Numbered from the stretch's first letter, positions 1-9,710 are shown. The stretch is DNA of 50,669 nucleotides from an uncultured Armatimonadales bacterium (GCA_964235675.1 CAXSEA010000001.1:1-50669); one strand, 5' to 3'. Program-made: numbers and translations. Notes: generated by a model from the letters alone, not told the origin.

Positions 1-8
1 CTGGCTTT

Positions 9-194
9 TTGCTTTTGTCGCAAGTTTTCACGACCAAAGCACCGCTTATAGCAACATTAGCAGCACTGTTCATGTTCTCTTCGGCAGGTACCTCATGGGG
101 CATTATCGAATTGTTGCGACTGATCCGTGGCGCTGATCGCGATAACTTTAAGCAGAGAGCCAAAGACGCACTGTTGCTAGAACCTATCTCATAA
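9..194 (+). CDS. hypothetical ORF fragment. It may continue upstream of the window, and its 3' end runs into the IS terminal repeat.
   Basis: The frame is open from the window edge. The last codons and the stop lie inside the IS left inverted repeat. The region is visibly lower in GC than the rest of the window. No recognisable motifs. Confidence 0.15.
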   Translation: MLLSQVFTTKAPLIATLAALFMFSSAGTSWGIIELLRLIRGADRDNFKQRAKDALLLEPIS

Positions 195-195
195 A
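180..195. repeat. IS left terminal inverted repeat
   Basis: Exact reverse complement of 1017-1032. Confidence 0.9.
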
Positions 196-247
196 TAGGA
201 GTTGAGTAGAATGGCAGCATCCCTGATGTGATTGGATACTGCAACTG

Positions 248-1023
248 ATGGATTTGACCGAAGGGCAGTGGCAGATTTTGGAGCCGCTTTTGCCCAAACC
301 GAAGCTGCGCGATGATGGCCGAGGCCGTCCCTGGCGTGACCCGCGCGACGTGCTGAACGGTGTGCTCTGGATTTTGCGGACGGGAGCGCCCTGGAAAGAC
401 TTGCCCGAGCGCTACCCGCCTTACCAGACTTGCCATCGCAGATTCCAGGCGTGGGTGCGCTCAGGCACTCTGGAGGGAGTGCTTCAAGCATTAGCAAAAG
501 ACCTCCACGCTCGCGGCGGCTTCGATGTGACAGAGTGCTTTATCGACGGCACTTTCGCTTCGGCGAAAAAGGGGGCGCTTGCGTTGGAGCAACTAAGCGC
601 GGCAAAGGGACCAAGATCATGGCAATCGCAGACGGCAATAGCCTTCCTATCGCCGTTTGCACAGCAAGTGCTAGCCCGCATGAGGTGACGCTGGTGGACG
701 AGACGCTGAAGCATTGCTTTGCGGCTGAGATCATGCCCACGCTGCTCGTCGGAGATCGCGCCTATGACAGCGATCCGCTCGACGAGAGGCTCAAGATCGA
801 GCGCGGCATCGAGATGGTCGCGCCGCACAAGAAAAACCGCGTGAAGCCAGCCACGCAAGGCAAAGACAAGCTGGCGGCTTACGGTCGCCGCTGGAGCGTG
901 GAGCGCCTGTTTGCCTGGCTGCAGAATTATCGGCGATTGGTCACTAGATACGAGCGGCATAGCGAAAACTTTTTGGGCATGGTGCAGCTTGGATGCGCCG
1001 TTCTGCTGCTCAAACGTTTATGA
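248..1023 (+). CDS. IS5-family DDE transposase, OrfA/OrfB joined by a probable -1 frameshift
   Basis: OrfA (248..) has the N-terminus '[16 protein letters not shown]...[31 protein letters not shown]', typical of IS5/IS427 transposases. OrfB (to 1023) lies in the -1 frame and carries 'DGNSLPIAV', '[10 protein letters not shown]' and '[17 protein letters not shown]' (DDE triad context). The frames overlap at the A5G5 run at 566-575 (gcgAAAAAGGGGGcg). Slipping there gives '...[25 protein letters not shown]...', which matches the contiguous form of the family. Confidence 0.85.
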
Positions 1024-1032
1024 GATAGGTTC
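1017..1032. repeat. IS right terminal inverted repeat
   Basis: Exact reverse complement of 180-195. Confidence 0.9.
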
Positions 1033-2477
1033 TAGTAGGAGCGAGCGATAATCACCTGCCGGGTGGTCTCGCGGCCGGTCATTACGCACTTGCCTGATGT
1101 GCCGGGCTGGTCGAGGGGGATGCAGCGAACGGTGGCTTTGAGCTGCTCCTGCATGCTCTTCTCGTCGGCGGCGTCGCCGTCCCAATAAGCGTGAGCGAAG
1201 CCCATTTGGACCGCTTCCGCCAGCTCGTCGAAGCTGGCGACATCGCGGGTGTGGTCCATCCGAAATTGCAGCGCGCGCGCGAAGAGGCTGGTTTGTATCT
1301 CACTAAGCAGGGTTTGGATCGCTTCGGTCAAGCCCGCCTGCGGGATGAACTGCTTGCCCGCTTTGCCGGGGACGTCGCGCCGGGAAATGGCGACGGATTG
1401 CTTCTCCACGTCCTTGGGCCCGACTTCAATGCGAACGGGGACGCCGCGCATCTCCCACTCGTTGAACTTGAAGCCCGGCGAAAGGTTGTCGCGGTCATCC
1501 ACCTTGAAGCGCAGCCCTGCCGCCTTCCAGTCGCCCACGATACGGTCAACTGCTTCTAAAACGGTCGCCTTTTCGGTATCGGATTTGTAGATCGGAACCA
1601 CGACGACTTGCGTCGGCGCGAGTTTGGGTGGGATGACCAAGCCTTCGTCATCGCTGTGCGCCATGATAAGCGCGCCCATCAGGCGCGTGCTCACTCCCCA
1701 GGAAGTCGTCCAAGCGGTCTGGAGCGTGTTGTTCTGGTCGCTATATTCAATGTTGAAGGCTTTTGCGAAGTTCTGCCCGAGGTTGTGCGACGTGCCCGAC
1801 TGCAAAGCGCGTCCGTCCTGCATCATCGCTTCCATGGAATAGGTGCGTAGCGCGCCGGGAAACTTCTCGTTCTCGGTTTTCAGGCCTTTGATAACCGGCA
1901 CGGCCATGACATGCTCGACGAAGTCGGCGTAGACGTCGTGCAGAATCATCAGCGTCTCGCGCTCGGCCTCTTCCTCGGTGGCGTGGACAGTGTGGCCTTC
2001 CTGCCACAGGAATTCCGTCGTGCGCAGGAAGGGGCGAGTGCGCTTTTCCCAGCGCATGACATTGGCCCACTGGTTAATCAAAACCGGCAGATCCCGGTAC
2101 GACTTCACCCACTGGGCGTAAAAGTGGCCGATAATCGTCTCGGAAGTAGGGCGGATCACGTAAGGCTCGGCGAGCTTCTCGCCGCCCGCGTGAGTGACCA
2201 CCGCAACTTCCGGCGCGAAGCCCTCCACATGCTCGGCCTCGCGGGTGAGAAAGCTCTGCGGGATAAGCAGGGGGAAGTAGGCGTTGACGTGGCCGGTCGC
2301 CTTGATGCGGTCGTCGATCTCGCGCTGCATCAGCTCCCAGATGGCGTAGCCGTTCGGCTTGATGACCATGCATCCGCGCACGATCTCTGAGTTTTCCGCT
2401 AAATCGGCTTTGTTGACAATGTCGAGATACCACTGGCTGTAATCGGTGGCCCGTGGCGTAATTGCGTCTTTTGGCAT
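1032..2477 (-). CDS. proS: prolyl-tRNA synthetase, archaeal/eukaryote-like type
   Basis: 481-aa ORF with class II aaRS architecture. N-terminus is 'ATDYSQWYLDIV'. No bacterial-type insertion domain. The terminal residue is the conserved C-terminal Tyr ('...IIARSY'). Confidence 0.93.
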   Translation of the reverse strand: MPKDAITPRATDYSQWYLDIVNKADLAENSEIVRGCMVIKPNGYAIWELMQREIDDRIKATGHVNAYFPLLIPQSFLTREAEHVEGFAPEVAVVTHAGGEKLAEPYVIRPTSETIIGHFYAQWVKSYRDLPVLINQWANVMRWEKRTRPFLRTTEFLWQEGHTVHATEEEAERETLMILHDVYADFVEHVMAVPVIKGLKTENEKFPGALRTYSMEAMMQDGRALQSGTSHNLGQNFAKAFNIEYSDQNNTLQTAWTTSWGVSTRLMGALIMAHSDDEGLVIPPKLAPTQVVVVPIYKSDTEKATVLEAVDRIVGDWKAAGLRFKVDDRDNLSPGFKFNEWEMRGVPVRIEVGPKDVEKQSVAISRRDVPGKAGKQFIPQAGLTEAIQTLLSEIQTSLFARALQFRMDHTRDVASFDELAEAVQMGFAHAYWDGDAADEKSMQEQLKATVRCIPLDQPGTSGKCVMTGRETTRQVIIARSY

Positions 2478-2573
2478 TTGTTTGTAGTGTTTGCGACTTC
2501 GTCTTAGAAGCGCGACGCCAAGTGAATGCTTGGCTCTCCGGTAGTCTATTATGCACGGCGTTGTGCCAGGCGA

Positions 2574-2611
2574 TAAAAAGGCGCTCCCGATAATGAAATC
2601 GAGAGCGCCTT
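2574..2611 (-). terminator. rho-independent terminator downstream of rseP
   Basis: 9-bp stem aaggcgctc / gagcgcctt (2578-2586 / 2603-2611). On the minus strand it is followed by TTTTTA. Confidence 0.6.
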
Positions 2612-2632
2612 ACCGGCTGGGAAAAGCGGCTA

Positions 2633-3838
2633 TCACCGGTGGCGTGTGATGTCGTTGAACATGATGAAAATGAACAGCGTGCCGATGACGGCGAGTCCCG
2701 CGAGCATATAGTTTTGCTGCTGCTCGATAGTCAGGCGCTTGCCTCGCCTAACCGCTTCGACAAAGAAGAGCAGCAGGTGGCCGCCGTCGAGAATCGGGAT
2801 GGGGAGTAGATTGAACAGCGCTAAACTTAAGCTCAGTTCAGCACCGAGAATCGGGAGAGAAGCTCCCCCTTGCTGTACTGCTTCATGTGTCATCGTGACA
2901 ATAAAAATTGGGCCACCCGCCGATTTGCGAATTTCGTTAAGGTTGTGCCGGGCGAAAAGATGGCGAATTTGGGCAAACCACATCGCTGTGATAAAATTTG
3001 CATCCGGCAGGATTTGCGATGCTTTTGGTCGAACAAAAATCTCGTGTGCGGCGAACCCAAGCTCGCCGATCACCTGTCCATCAACGTTCACCGACTTAGG
3101 CGTGCCGGTAACCGTGATATCTTCTGTGCCGCGCTGCAAGACGAGTTGAACAGTTTTACCGGCGCTGTCGTGAATCGTGTCCACAAGGTCGTCTGCATCA
3201 GTGACAGGCTTGCCGTTGAACATCAAAATACGGTCATTGGCCCGCATTCCAATCTTCTGAGCTTCTGTGCCTGGTAATACTTGCGCGATGACTGGCGTTA
3301 GATGCGACTCGCCGGTAAAAGCAATAACGCCGGCGATAATCACGTAGCCAAGCACGAAAGACATGAACGGCCCGGCGAAGATGACAAGGGCGCGCTGCCA
3401 GAGCGGGTGGGCGTAGAAGCCTTCGGTTTCGTCGCGGCGGCGCTGCTCTGGAGTTTCGTTGAGATCAGGCGTATTCTCGGCGAGAAAGGGCATGTCGGAG
3501 ATTGACATGCCGTTAGTGTCCACGGGCTTGCCATTCTGCTCCAAGGCATTTGTGGCTGTAGAGGATGTACCCTTAATCTTTTCGGCGGCGCGGATTAGCG
3601 GCTCCTCATCGGGTTCCATCCCGGCGATTTTGACGTAGCCGCCCATGGGAATCCATCGGATGTTATACTGCGTATCGCCGCGCGTGCCGAGCGTTTTCGC
3701 CAGCGGGCCGAAGCCGACGCTGAACTCGTCCACGCGGATGCCGCACAGCCGCGCGGCGATGAAATGGCCCCACTCGTGCACGATCACGAGGATGCCAAAG
3801 ATAATCGGGAGAGCGATAATCGTATACAGAATGGTCAT
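2633..3838 (-). CDS. rseP: RIP zinc metalloprotease (site-2 protease, M50 family)
   Basis: HExxH motif 'VHEWGHF' in the first TM helix. Central PDZ-like segment. C-terminal 'FNLLPIPILDGGHLL' motif. Confidence 0.92.
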   Translation of the reverse strand: MTILYTIIALPIIFGILVIVHEWGHFIAARLCGIRVDEFSVGFGPLAKTLGTRGDTQYNIRWIPMGGYVKIAGMEPDEEPLIRAAEKIKGTSSTATNALEQNGKPVDTNGMSISDMPFLAENTPDLNETPEQRRRDETEGFYAHPLWQRALVIFAGPFMSFVLGYVIIAGVIAFTGESHLTPVIAQVLPGTEAQKIGMRANDRILMFNGKPVTDADDLVDTIHDSAGKTVQLVLQRGTEDITVTGTPKSVNVDGQVIGELGFAAHEIFVRPKASQILPDANFITAMWFAQIRHLFARHNLNEIRKSAGGPIFIVTMTHEAVQQGGASLPILGAELSLSLALFNLLPIPILDGGHLLLFFVEAVRRGKRLTIEQQQNYMLAGLAVIGTLFIFIMFNDITRHR

Positions 3839-3909
3839 AGCGTAATTCTAAAGACTGAATCGGCGACGGATTCGTTCCCGTCCGGCAGACGCCTCGGACG
3901 AGTCCTGAG

Positions 3910-5082
3910 CTAGCGCGAGGCCGAAGTTCCGATGTAATCCCGCGCCCACGAGTCCGAGCGCAATATTTCTTCTAGATCCGGGTCGGCTATCCACTCGCTT
4001 TCGTGGGCTGCCATCGCACTCTTGATTAAGCGAGGAATGTCGCCGAACGGGCAGTTGCCGTCGAGAAAGCGGTAGACGACCGCTTCGTTGGCGGCGTTCA
4101 TCACGGCAGGCATCGTACCACCGGCGCGGCTGGATTCGCGGGCTAGCTCTAAGCAGGGAAAGTTCGCCGTATCGGGCGCGGCGAAGGTCAGGTCGGACAA
4201 GAGCGTAGGGTTTAGGCGCGTCACGCCGGGACCTAAATCGGCGCGGTCGGGGTAAAGCAATGCCCATTCGATCGGCAGCCGCATATCGGGCGGGCCAAGC
4301 TGGGCCATCAGGGAGCCGTCGATCATTTCCACCATCGAGTGCACGACGCTTTGCGGATGGACGACCACGTCGATTCGGTCCACCGGAATATCGAACAGCC
4401 AGCGCGCCTCGATGGTTTCCAGGCCTTTATTCATCAGCGTGGCGGAGTCGATGGTAATTTTACGCCCCATGCTCCAGGTGGGGTGCTTGAGGGCGTCGGA
4501 AGGCGTGACGTTCTTTAACTGCTCCGAAGTCCACCCTCGGAACGGGCCGCCCGAGGCGGTAATCCACAGCTTTTCCACCTGATCGGCTCGGATGCCTTGC
4601 AGGCATTGGAACAAGGCGCAATGCTCGCTGTCGATGGGGAGAATCTTCGCGCCTCCCTCTTCGGCGGCCTGGCGAACCAGCGCGCCGGCGGCGACCAGAA
4701 CTTCTTTCGTGGCGAGCGCGACGTCTTTGCCGGCGGAGAGAGCGGCGATGGTCGCGCGGATGCCGACTGCCCCGGCGACGGCAACCACGACGATATCGAC
4801 ATCATCGCGCGTGGCGATCTCTTCGAGGCTTTCCGGGCCGAAGTGCGCCGTGACGCCTTTATATGGTGGGAACGCAGATTCGACGGCGCTGCGGCCTTCG
4901 CCGCTAGCCTGGTGCAGGGCGACGGCTTTTGCGCCGCAGTCCAGCGCTTGCCCGGCCAGCTTCTCGCCGTCGGAGCCCGCTGCGAGCGCGGTAATTTGGA
5001 GTCGATCCGGCAGGCGGCGGACTACGTCGAGAGTCTGCACGCCGATAGAGCCTGTGCTGCCGAGCAAAGCGATACGCTTCAT
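3910..5082 (-). CDS. dxr: 1-deoxy-D-xylulose-5-phosphate reductoisomerase
   Basis: NADPH-binding N-terminus 'IALLGSTGSIGVQTLDV'. 'ILPIDSEH' and 'HPQSVVHSMVE' motifs. Conserved position next to uppS and rseP. Confidence 0.95.
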   Translation of the reverse strand: MKRIALLGSTGSIGVQTLDVVRRLPDRLQITALAAGSDGEKLAGQALDCGAKAVALHQASGEGRSAVESAFPPYKGVTAHFGPESLEEIATRDDVDIVVVAVAGAVGIRATIAALSAGKDVALATKEVLVAAGALVRQAAEEGGAKILPIDSEHCALFQCLQGIRADQVEKLWITASGGPFRGWTSEQLKNVTPSDALKHPTWSMGRKITIDSATLMNKGLETIEARWLFDIPVDRIDVVVHPQSVVHSMVEMIDGSLMAQLGPPDMRLPIEWALLYPDRADLGPGVTRLNPTLLSDLTFAAPDTANFPCLELARESSRAGGTMPAVMNAANEAVVYRFLDGNCPFGDIPRLIKSAMAAHESEWIADPDLEEILRSDSWARDYIGTSASR

Positions 5083-5124
5083 AACGGGAAACTGTGGGTC
5101 AGGAGATGCAGTGCGGCAGAACGA

Positions 5125-5934
5125 TTACTCATCCACCAAGCCGCCGAACTTGCGGGTGCGTCCTTGGAAACTCTCGATAGCCATAAGAAGGTGCTCGATG
5201 GTGAAATCGGGCCAGTTATCCTCGGTGACCCATAGCTCGGCGTAGGCGATCTGCCAGAGCAGGAAATTCGAGACCCGCATTTCGCCGGCGGTGCGGATTA
5301 ATAAATCTGGGTCGGGGAGGCCGTGCGTGTAGAGCGCGGATGCAATCGCCTGCTCGTCAATCTTATCGGGCTCGATTTGTCCGGCGGCGGCCAGCGACGC
5401 CAGGTGTCGGACGGCGTCCGTGATTTCCGCGCGGCCGCCGTAGTTGATGGCAAGGTTAAGAATCAGGCCCGTGTTCCGGCTGGTTTCGCGCTCGTTTCGG
5501 TCCATTTCGCGCAGCAGGGAGTCGGGCAGCCCGCCGCGCCTTCCGGCGAAGCGGATGCGGACGTTGTTCTCTTTTAGATCGGCCAGCTCGGCTTTGGCTC
5601 CCAGCTCGAAGAGATGCATCAGCGCATTCACCTCATGCTTAGGACGGTTCCAATTCTCCGCCGAAAAAGCGTAGAAAGTCAGGACTTCGATACCGAGATC
5701 GTCGGCTTCGCGGACAATGCGCCGCACCGTTTGATAGCCCTGCCGGTGCCCTTCGACGCGTGGCTTGCCGCGCTCACTTGCCCAGCGCCCGTTGCCGTCG
5801 GTGATGACGGCGATATGGCGCGGCAAGCGGCTGAAGTCGATGCGCTCTTTCAGCGCGGCAATTCTCTGCTCCGCGCTTGGAACAGCGGGTTGCGGCTGAT
5901 TGCCCGCCGGATTGGATTTAGGCGTAAGGAGCAT
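5125..5934 (-). CDS. uppS: undecaprenyl-diphosphate synthase (cis-prenyltransferase)
   Basis: Contains 'HIAVITDGNGRWA' and 'RTAGEMRVSNFLLWQIAYAE' motifs. Confidence 0.95.
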   Translation of the reverse strand: MLLTPKSNPAGNQPQPAVPSAEQRIAALKERIDFSRLPRHIAVITDGNGRWASERGKPRVEGHRQGYQTVRRIVREADDLGIEVLTFYAFSAENWNRPKHEVNALMHLFELGAKAELADLKENNVRIRFAGRRGGLPDSLLREMDRNERETSRNTGLILNLAINYGGRAEITDAVRHLASLAAAGQIEPDKIDEQAIASALYTHGLPDPDLLIRTAGEMRVSNFLLWQIAYAELWVTEDNWPDFTIEHLLMAIESFQGRTRKFGGLVDE

Positions 5935-5963
5935 GGGGCATGTCCGCTGCGCGGCGTGGATCG

Positions 5964-6527
5964 CTAAATCTGCAGCAGCTCGCCTTCCTTAACTTTTTGC
6001 AGCTGGTCCACTTCGGCGATGGTCTTGTCGGTCAGCTTTTGCAGCTGATCCTGCGAGCGCTTGGCGAGATCCTCGGACGTTTCGCCCTTCTTCTCAGCCG
6101 CTTTGATGCGGTCGTTGGCATCGCGCCGGACGTTGCGGATCGAAACCCGGCTTTCCTCGGCCTTCTTTTGCAGCACCTTGACCATATCCTTGCGCCGATC
6201 TTCGGTCAGCGGCGGCAGGTTCAATCGGATGGAATCGCCGTTGTTGACCGGGTTGATGTTCAGGTCGCTGTTTTTGATCGCCTTTTCGATGGCGGCGACC
6301 ATGCTGCGATCATAAGGAGTAATCACCAGCTGGCGAGACTCGGGCACATGCACCTGGGCAATTTGGTCGATAGGCATCGCGGAGCCGTAAGCATCGACGG
6401 TAATTTTGTCCAGCAGCTGCGGGTTCGCGCGCCCGGTGCGCAGAGTGGCGAACTCGTTTTTGCACGATTCGATGCTGCTTCGCATCTTGTGCTCGGCTTC
6501 CGCCGCGATTTCCTCTAAGGTTGGCAT
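5964..6527 (-). CDS. frr: ribosome recycling factor
   Basis: 187 aa with 'FATLRTGRANPQLLD' and 'IRNVRRDAND' signatures. Syntenic with pyrH. Confidence 0.95.
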   Translation of the reverse strand: MPTLEEIAAEAEHKMRSSIESCKNEFATLRTGRANPQLLDKITVDAYGSAMPIDQIAQVHVPESRQLVITPYDRSMVAAIEKAIKNSDLNINPVNNGDSIRLNLPPLTEDRRKDMVKVLQKKAEESRVSIRNVRRDANDRIKAAEKKGETSEDLAKRSQDQLQKLTDKTIAEVDQLQKVKEGELLQI

Positions 6528-6787
6528 ATTATTGTCTCTCTTAACAGTTCGTAATTTGTAAATGGTCGCGGGGAAGTTTCATCGATACGGAGCCGGATTT
6601 GCACTGGCTCTCATGCTTCTTGCTCGTTCTCCACTTCGTTCCCTACATCGCGTCCATGTGCATCATAGACAAGCTCTTATCGTCGAGCCTATGTTCCAGC
6701 ACACTTCACCCGCGCCCGTCTTCCGTATCTTACTTTATTTCAGGTGCAAGAACCGGTACAAACAATTTTTGCGGTCAAAAACCTGGC

Positions 6788-7534
6788 TTAAGAAACGATA
6801 GTGCCGATGCGCTCGCCGCAGACGACGCGCATAATGTTGCCGTCGGTGTTGAGGTCGAAAACGATGATCGGCATCTTGTTTTCCATGCAGAACGTGAACG
6901 CGGTCAAATCCATGACTTTCAACTGGCGGGCGATGGCGTCCTGATAGCTGATCGTATCGAAGCGGTGCGCGTCGGGGTTGCTGCGCGGGTCGCTGTCGTA
7001 GACGCCGTCCGTGCCGTTCTTACCCATCAAAATGGCGTTCGCGGCGATTTCAGAGGCGCGTAGAGCGGCGGCGGTATCGGTGGTGAAAAACGGATTGCCG
7101 GTGCCGGCGGCGAAGATGACGATACGGCCTTTTTCCAAATGCCGCATCGCGCGGCGGCGGATATAAGGCTCGGCGACGGCGGCGATGGGCAAAGCGCTGA
7201 GAACGCGCGTCTCGATGCTTCGCTTCTCCAAGGCATCCTGCAGGGCGAGGCTGTTGATGACCGTGGCGAGCATGCCCATGTAGTGGCCCTGTACCTGCTC
7301 GACGCCTTTTTCGGCAGCCATTTTGCCGCGCATGATGTTGCCGCCGCCGATCACGACCGCGATTTCGACGCCGATTTCGCGGAGGGCGGCGACCTGGCGG
7401 GCGATGTCCTCGACAGCGTCCACGTTGATGCCTTGATGATCCTCTCCGGCGAATGCTTCGCCGGAGAGTTTCAGTAGGACTCGCTTATACAGCGGACTGC
7501 AACCAGGCTGCCCGCTTTCGGAGTGCTCAGCCAT
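6788..7534 (-). CDS. pyrH: UMP kinase
   Basis: Contains 'KRVLLKLSGEAF', 'VIGGGNIMRG' and 'TTDTAAALRA' motifs. Overlaps the tsf stop by 8 nt. Confidence 0.95.
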   Translation of the reverse strand: MAEHSESGQPGCSPLYKRVLLKLSGEAFAGEDHQGINVDAVEDIARQVAALREIGVEIAVVIGGGNIMRGKMAAEKGVEQVQGHYMGMLATVINSLALQDALEKRSIETRVLSALPIAAVAEPYIRRRAMRHLEKGRIVIFAAGTGNPFFTTDTAAALRASEIAANAILMGKNGTDGVYDSDPRSNPDAHRFDTISYQDAIARQLKVMDLTAFTFCMENKMPIIVFDLNTDGNIMRVVCGERIGTIVS

Positions 7535-8495
7535 TCGCGTTCTCGGCTGCCTCGGAATCGGCGGACGCGGCTGCGGCTGCCGATTCGCCCACCCGGTAGC
7601 GGACGAAGCGCGTGACGGTCACGCCCGCGCCGACCTTTTTACCGACTTCGGCGGCGAGAGCGCCGACCGACTGCTTGCCGCTGGGGTCGCGGACATACGG
7701 CTGATCGACCAAAACGCTTTGCTCGTAGAACTTGCGGATCTGGCCTTCGAGCATCGCGTTTTTCGCTTGCTCCGGCTTGTCGGCGAACTTCGGGTCCGCG
7801 GCCATTTTCGCCGTGGCGATGTTGCGCTCGTTCTCGACCAACTCCTGCGGCACGAGGTCGCGGGAGGCATACTGCGGGTTGGCGGCGGCGATATGCAGTG
7901 CGACTTCACGCGCCAACTCGACCAGCGGCGCGTTGTCGGTAATGGGCTTGTCGGCCTGAACCTCGACGAGAACGCCGGTTTTCAAGTCAGTGCGGTGAAT
8001 GTAAGCGCCGATTGCCTGAGTCTCCGCGCCGACATCGTAGCGGGTGAACCGCGCTACATCTATCTTCTCGCCAAGCTGTCCCGCCGAGTCCGCGATCAAG
8101 TCAGTCACGGTCTGGCTGGAGCCAGGCTCGGACGGTGCCGCGAGAAGCTCGTCCGTGCTGGCATAGCCGCCGGCGACCGGAGACGCAGCAATGACGCGAG
8201 CCAACTGTCCGGCGAGGCCCTTGAACGCTTCGCCGCGCGCGACAAAATCGGTCTCGCAGTTCAGCTCCAGAAGTACGCCGACATCGCCGGCTTCGCTGAC
8301 GAACTCTTCCACGATGCCTTCGCCGGACACTCGTCCTTGTCGCTTGGCGAGGGATGCCTGTCCTTTTTTGCGCAGAACGACCTTCGCCTCGGCGATGTCG
8401 CCGTCGGCCTCGGTGAGCGCTTTCTTACAATCCATCATGCCCGCGCCAGTCTCCTCGCGCAGGGTGCGAACCATTTCCGCAGTTATCGCTGCCAT
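7527..8495 (-). CDS. tsf: translation elongation factor Ts (long form with Ala-rich C-terminal tail)
   Basis: N-terminal UBA-like segment 'VRTLREETGAGMMDCKKAL'. 'ELNCETDFVAR' motif. Confidence 0.95.
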   Translation of the reverse strand: MAAITAEMVRTLREETGAGMMDCKKALTEADGDIAEAKVVLRKKGQASLAKRQGRVSGEGIVEEFVSEAGDVGVLLELNCETDFVARGEAFKGLAGQLARVIAASPVAGGYASTDELLAAPSEPGSSQTVTDLIADSAGQLGEKIDVARFTRYDVGAETQAIGAYIHRTDLKTGVLVEVQADKPITDNAPLVELAREVALHIAAANPQYASRDLVPQELVENERNIATAKMAADPKFADKPEQAKNAMLEGQIRKFYEQSVLVDQPYVRDPSGKQSVGALAAEVGKKVGAGVTVTRFVRYRVGESAAAAASADSEAAENANG

Positions 8496-8588
8496 GGAAT
8501 CTATTCCTTTTTAGTGTTGTTGGTATTCTTTCGCCATAGTGGGCCGCTTTGCCCGTCCCGGCGAACTTCTCATCGTCAGTTCATACAG

Positions 8589-8633
8589 AAGCGCGGAGAC
8601 CTCATTGCGCAATGCTTGAAGGTCTCCGCGCTT
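8589..8633 (-). terminator. perfect 13-bp hairpin in the rpsB-tsf intergenic region (attenuator/partial terminator candidate)
   Basis: Stem aagcgcggagacc (8589-8601) / ggtctccgcgctt (8621-8633) with a 19-nt loop. Only a weak U-tract follows on the minus strand. Confidence 0.4.
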
Positions 8634-8662
8634 TCACTGCAAGTTGTCTAAGCCAAGCAGAA

Positions 8663-9547
8663 CTATGCGGTGACCGCCACAGGCTCCGGCGCTGCTTCGG
8701 CTTCGGTCGCGGCTAAGGTATCGTCGCCGTCGAGGGTACCGGCTTCGGGCTGCATGGACGCGCCGGTGCGCTGCTCTAGGGTATCCCACTCGGCACGGAC
8801 ACGCTCGGCTTCGGCTTCGTCGGCCAGTCGCTGGGCCTCGTCGGCACCTTCGACCACTTCCCACTCGGGGCCCTTGGCTTCGATCACGGCATCGGCGATC
8901 TTGCTGGTAATCAGCTTGATGGCGCGAATAGCGTCGTCGTTGCCTGGGATGACATAATCCACTTCATCCGGGTCGCAGTTCGTATCCACAATCGCGACGA
9001 TCGGAATGCCAAGCTTGCGGGCTTCCTGCACAGCCAGGCGCTCTTTCTTCAAGTCGATGATAAACATCGCCGAAGGCTTGCCGGGCATATCTTTCATACC
9101 GCCAAGATACCGTTCCAGGCGCTCGGCTTCCTCGCGAAGATCAGCGGCTTCCTTCTTCGGCAGCGAGTCGAGAATGCCGTCGGCATCCATCTTCTCGATT
9201 TCGCGGAGGCGGGCGATGCGCGTGATGATCGTGCGGTAGTTGGTCAGCATTCCGCCAAGCCAGCGGGAGTTCACATAGAACTGGCGGGAGCGCTTCGCGG
9301 CTTCCGCGACCGCTTCCTGGGCCTGCTTCTTGGTGCCGACAAACAAAATGGTGCCGTTGTTGGCGGCGATATCTTTGATAAATTCGTAGGCGTCATCGAA
9401 GAGCTTCAGGGTCTGATGCAAGTCAATGATATAGATGCCGTTGCGGCCGCCGTAGATATAACGCTTCATCTTCGGGTTCCAGCGGCGAGTCTGGTGGCCG
9501 AAGTGGACGCCTGCTTCGAGCAGGTCCTTCATGGCTAATGCTGACAA
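8663..9547 (-). CDS. rpsB: 30S ribosomal protein S2 with acidic C-terminal extension
   Basis: Contains '[22 protein letters not shown]'. The preferred start is TTG at 9547, 9 nt downstream of AGGAGA. ATG at 9532 is an alternative. The longer track ORF (to 9625) adds a non-conserved N-terminus. Confidence 0.93.
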   Translation of the reverse strand: MSALAMKDLLEAGVHFGHQTRRWNPKMKRYIYGGRNGIYIIDLHQTLKLFDDAYEFIKDIAANNGTILFVGTKKQAQEAVAEAAKRSRQFYVNSRWLGGMLTNYRTIITRIARLREIEKMDADGILDSLPKKEAADLREEAERLERYLGGMKDMPGKPSAMFIIDLKKERLAVQEARKLGIPIVAIVDTNCDPDEVDYVIPGNDDAIRAIKLITSKIADAVIEAKGPEWEVVEGADEAQRLADEAEAERVRAEWDTLEQRTGASMQPEAGTLDGDDTLAATEAEAAPEPVAVTA

Positions 9548-9710
9548 GTGGTATTCTCTCCTAGAGTGTTGTTCGTCCCGGTCGCTCATCCGCGCTGCGA
9601 CTCGAAAGCCGTCCTCGGCAGTCAAGCACTTCGCAGCTAATCGTCCCGACCGGTGATGATTTAGTTTTTGAGCGCGAATTGGAATGACTCGCGTTCAAGC
9701 AAACCCCTTC

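Larger units (their letters stand above)
180..1032 (+). mobile_element. IS5-family insertion sequence (IS427/IS1031-like, about 0.85 kb)
   Basis: Perfect terminal inverted repeats: gaacctatctcataaa at 180-195 and tttatgagataggttc at 1017-1032. CTAG is present on both flanks (177-180 and 1032-1035), so the ends could equally be 181..1031 with a 4-bp CTAG duplication, or 180..1032 with a TA duplication. The element contains a two-frame DDE transposase. Confidence 0.9.

Noticed and set aside
9548-9625. N-terminal extensions suggested by the ORF track for rpsB. The same issue applies to aroC (49200..49361), ispH (49223..49408), dtd (41014..41085), galM (27944..28036), pepV (32962..33018), acpS (9775..9801) and the STAS gene (36560..36607).
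   Set aside because: In each case the conserved protein N-terminus begins at an internal ATG, GTG or TTG, usually with a better-placed Shine-Dalgarno sequence. The upstream residues are non-conserved, and in several cases they overlap promoter-like elements.
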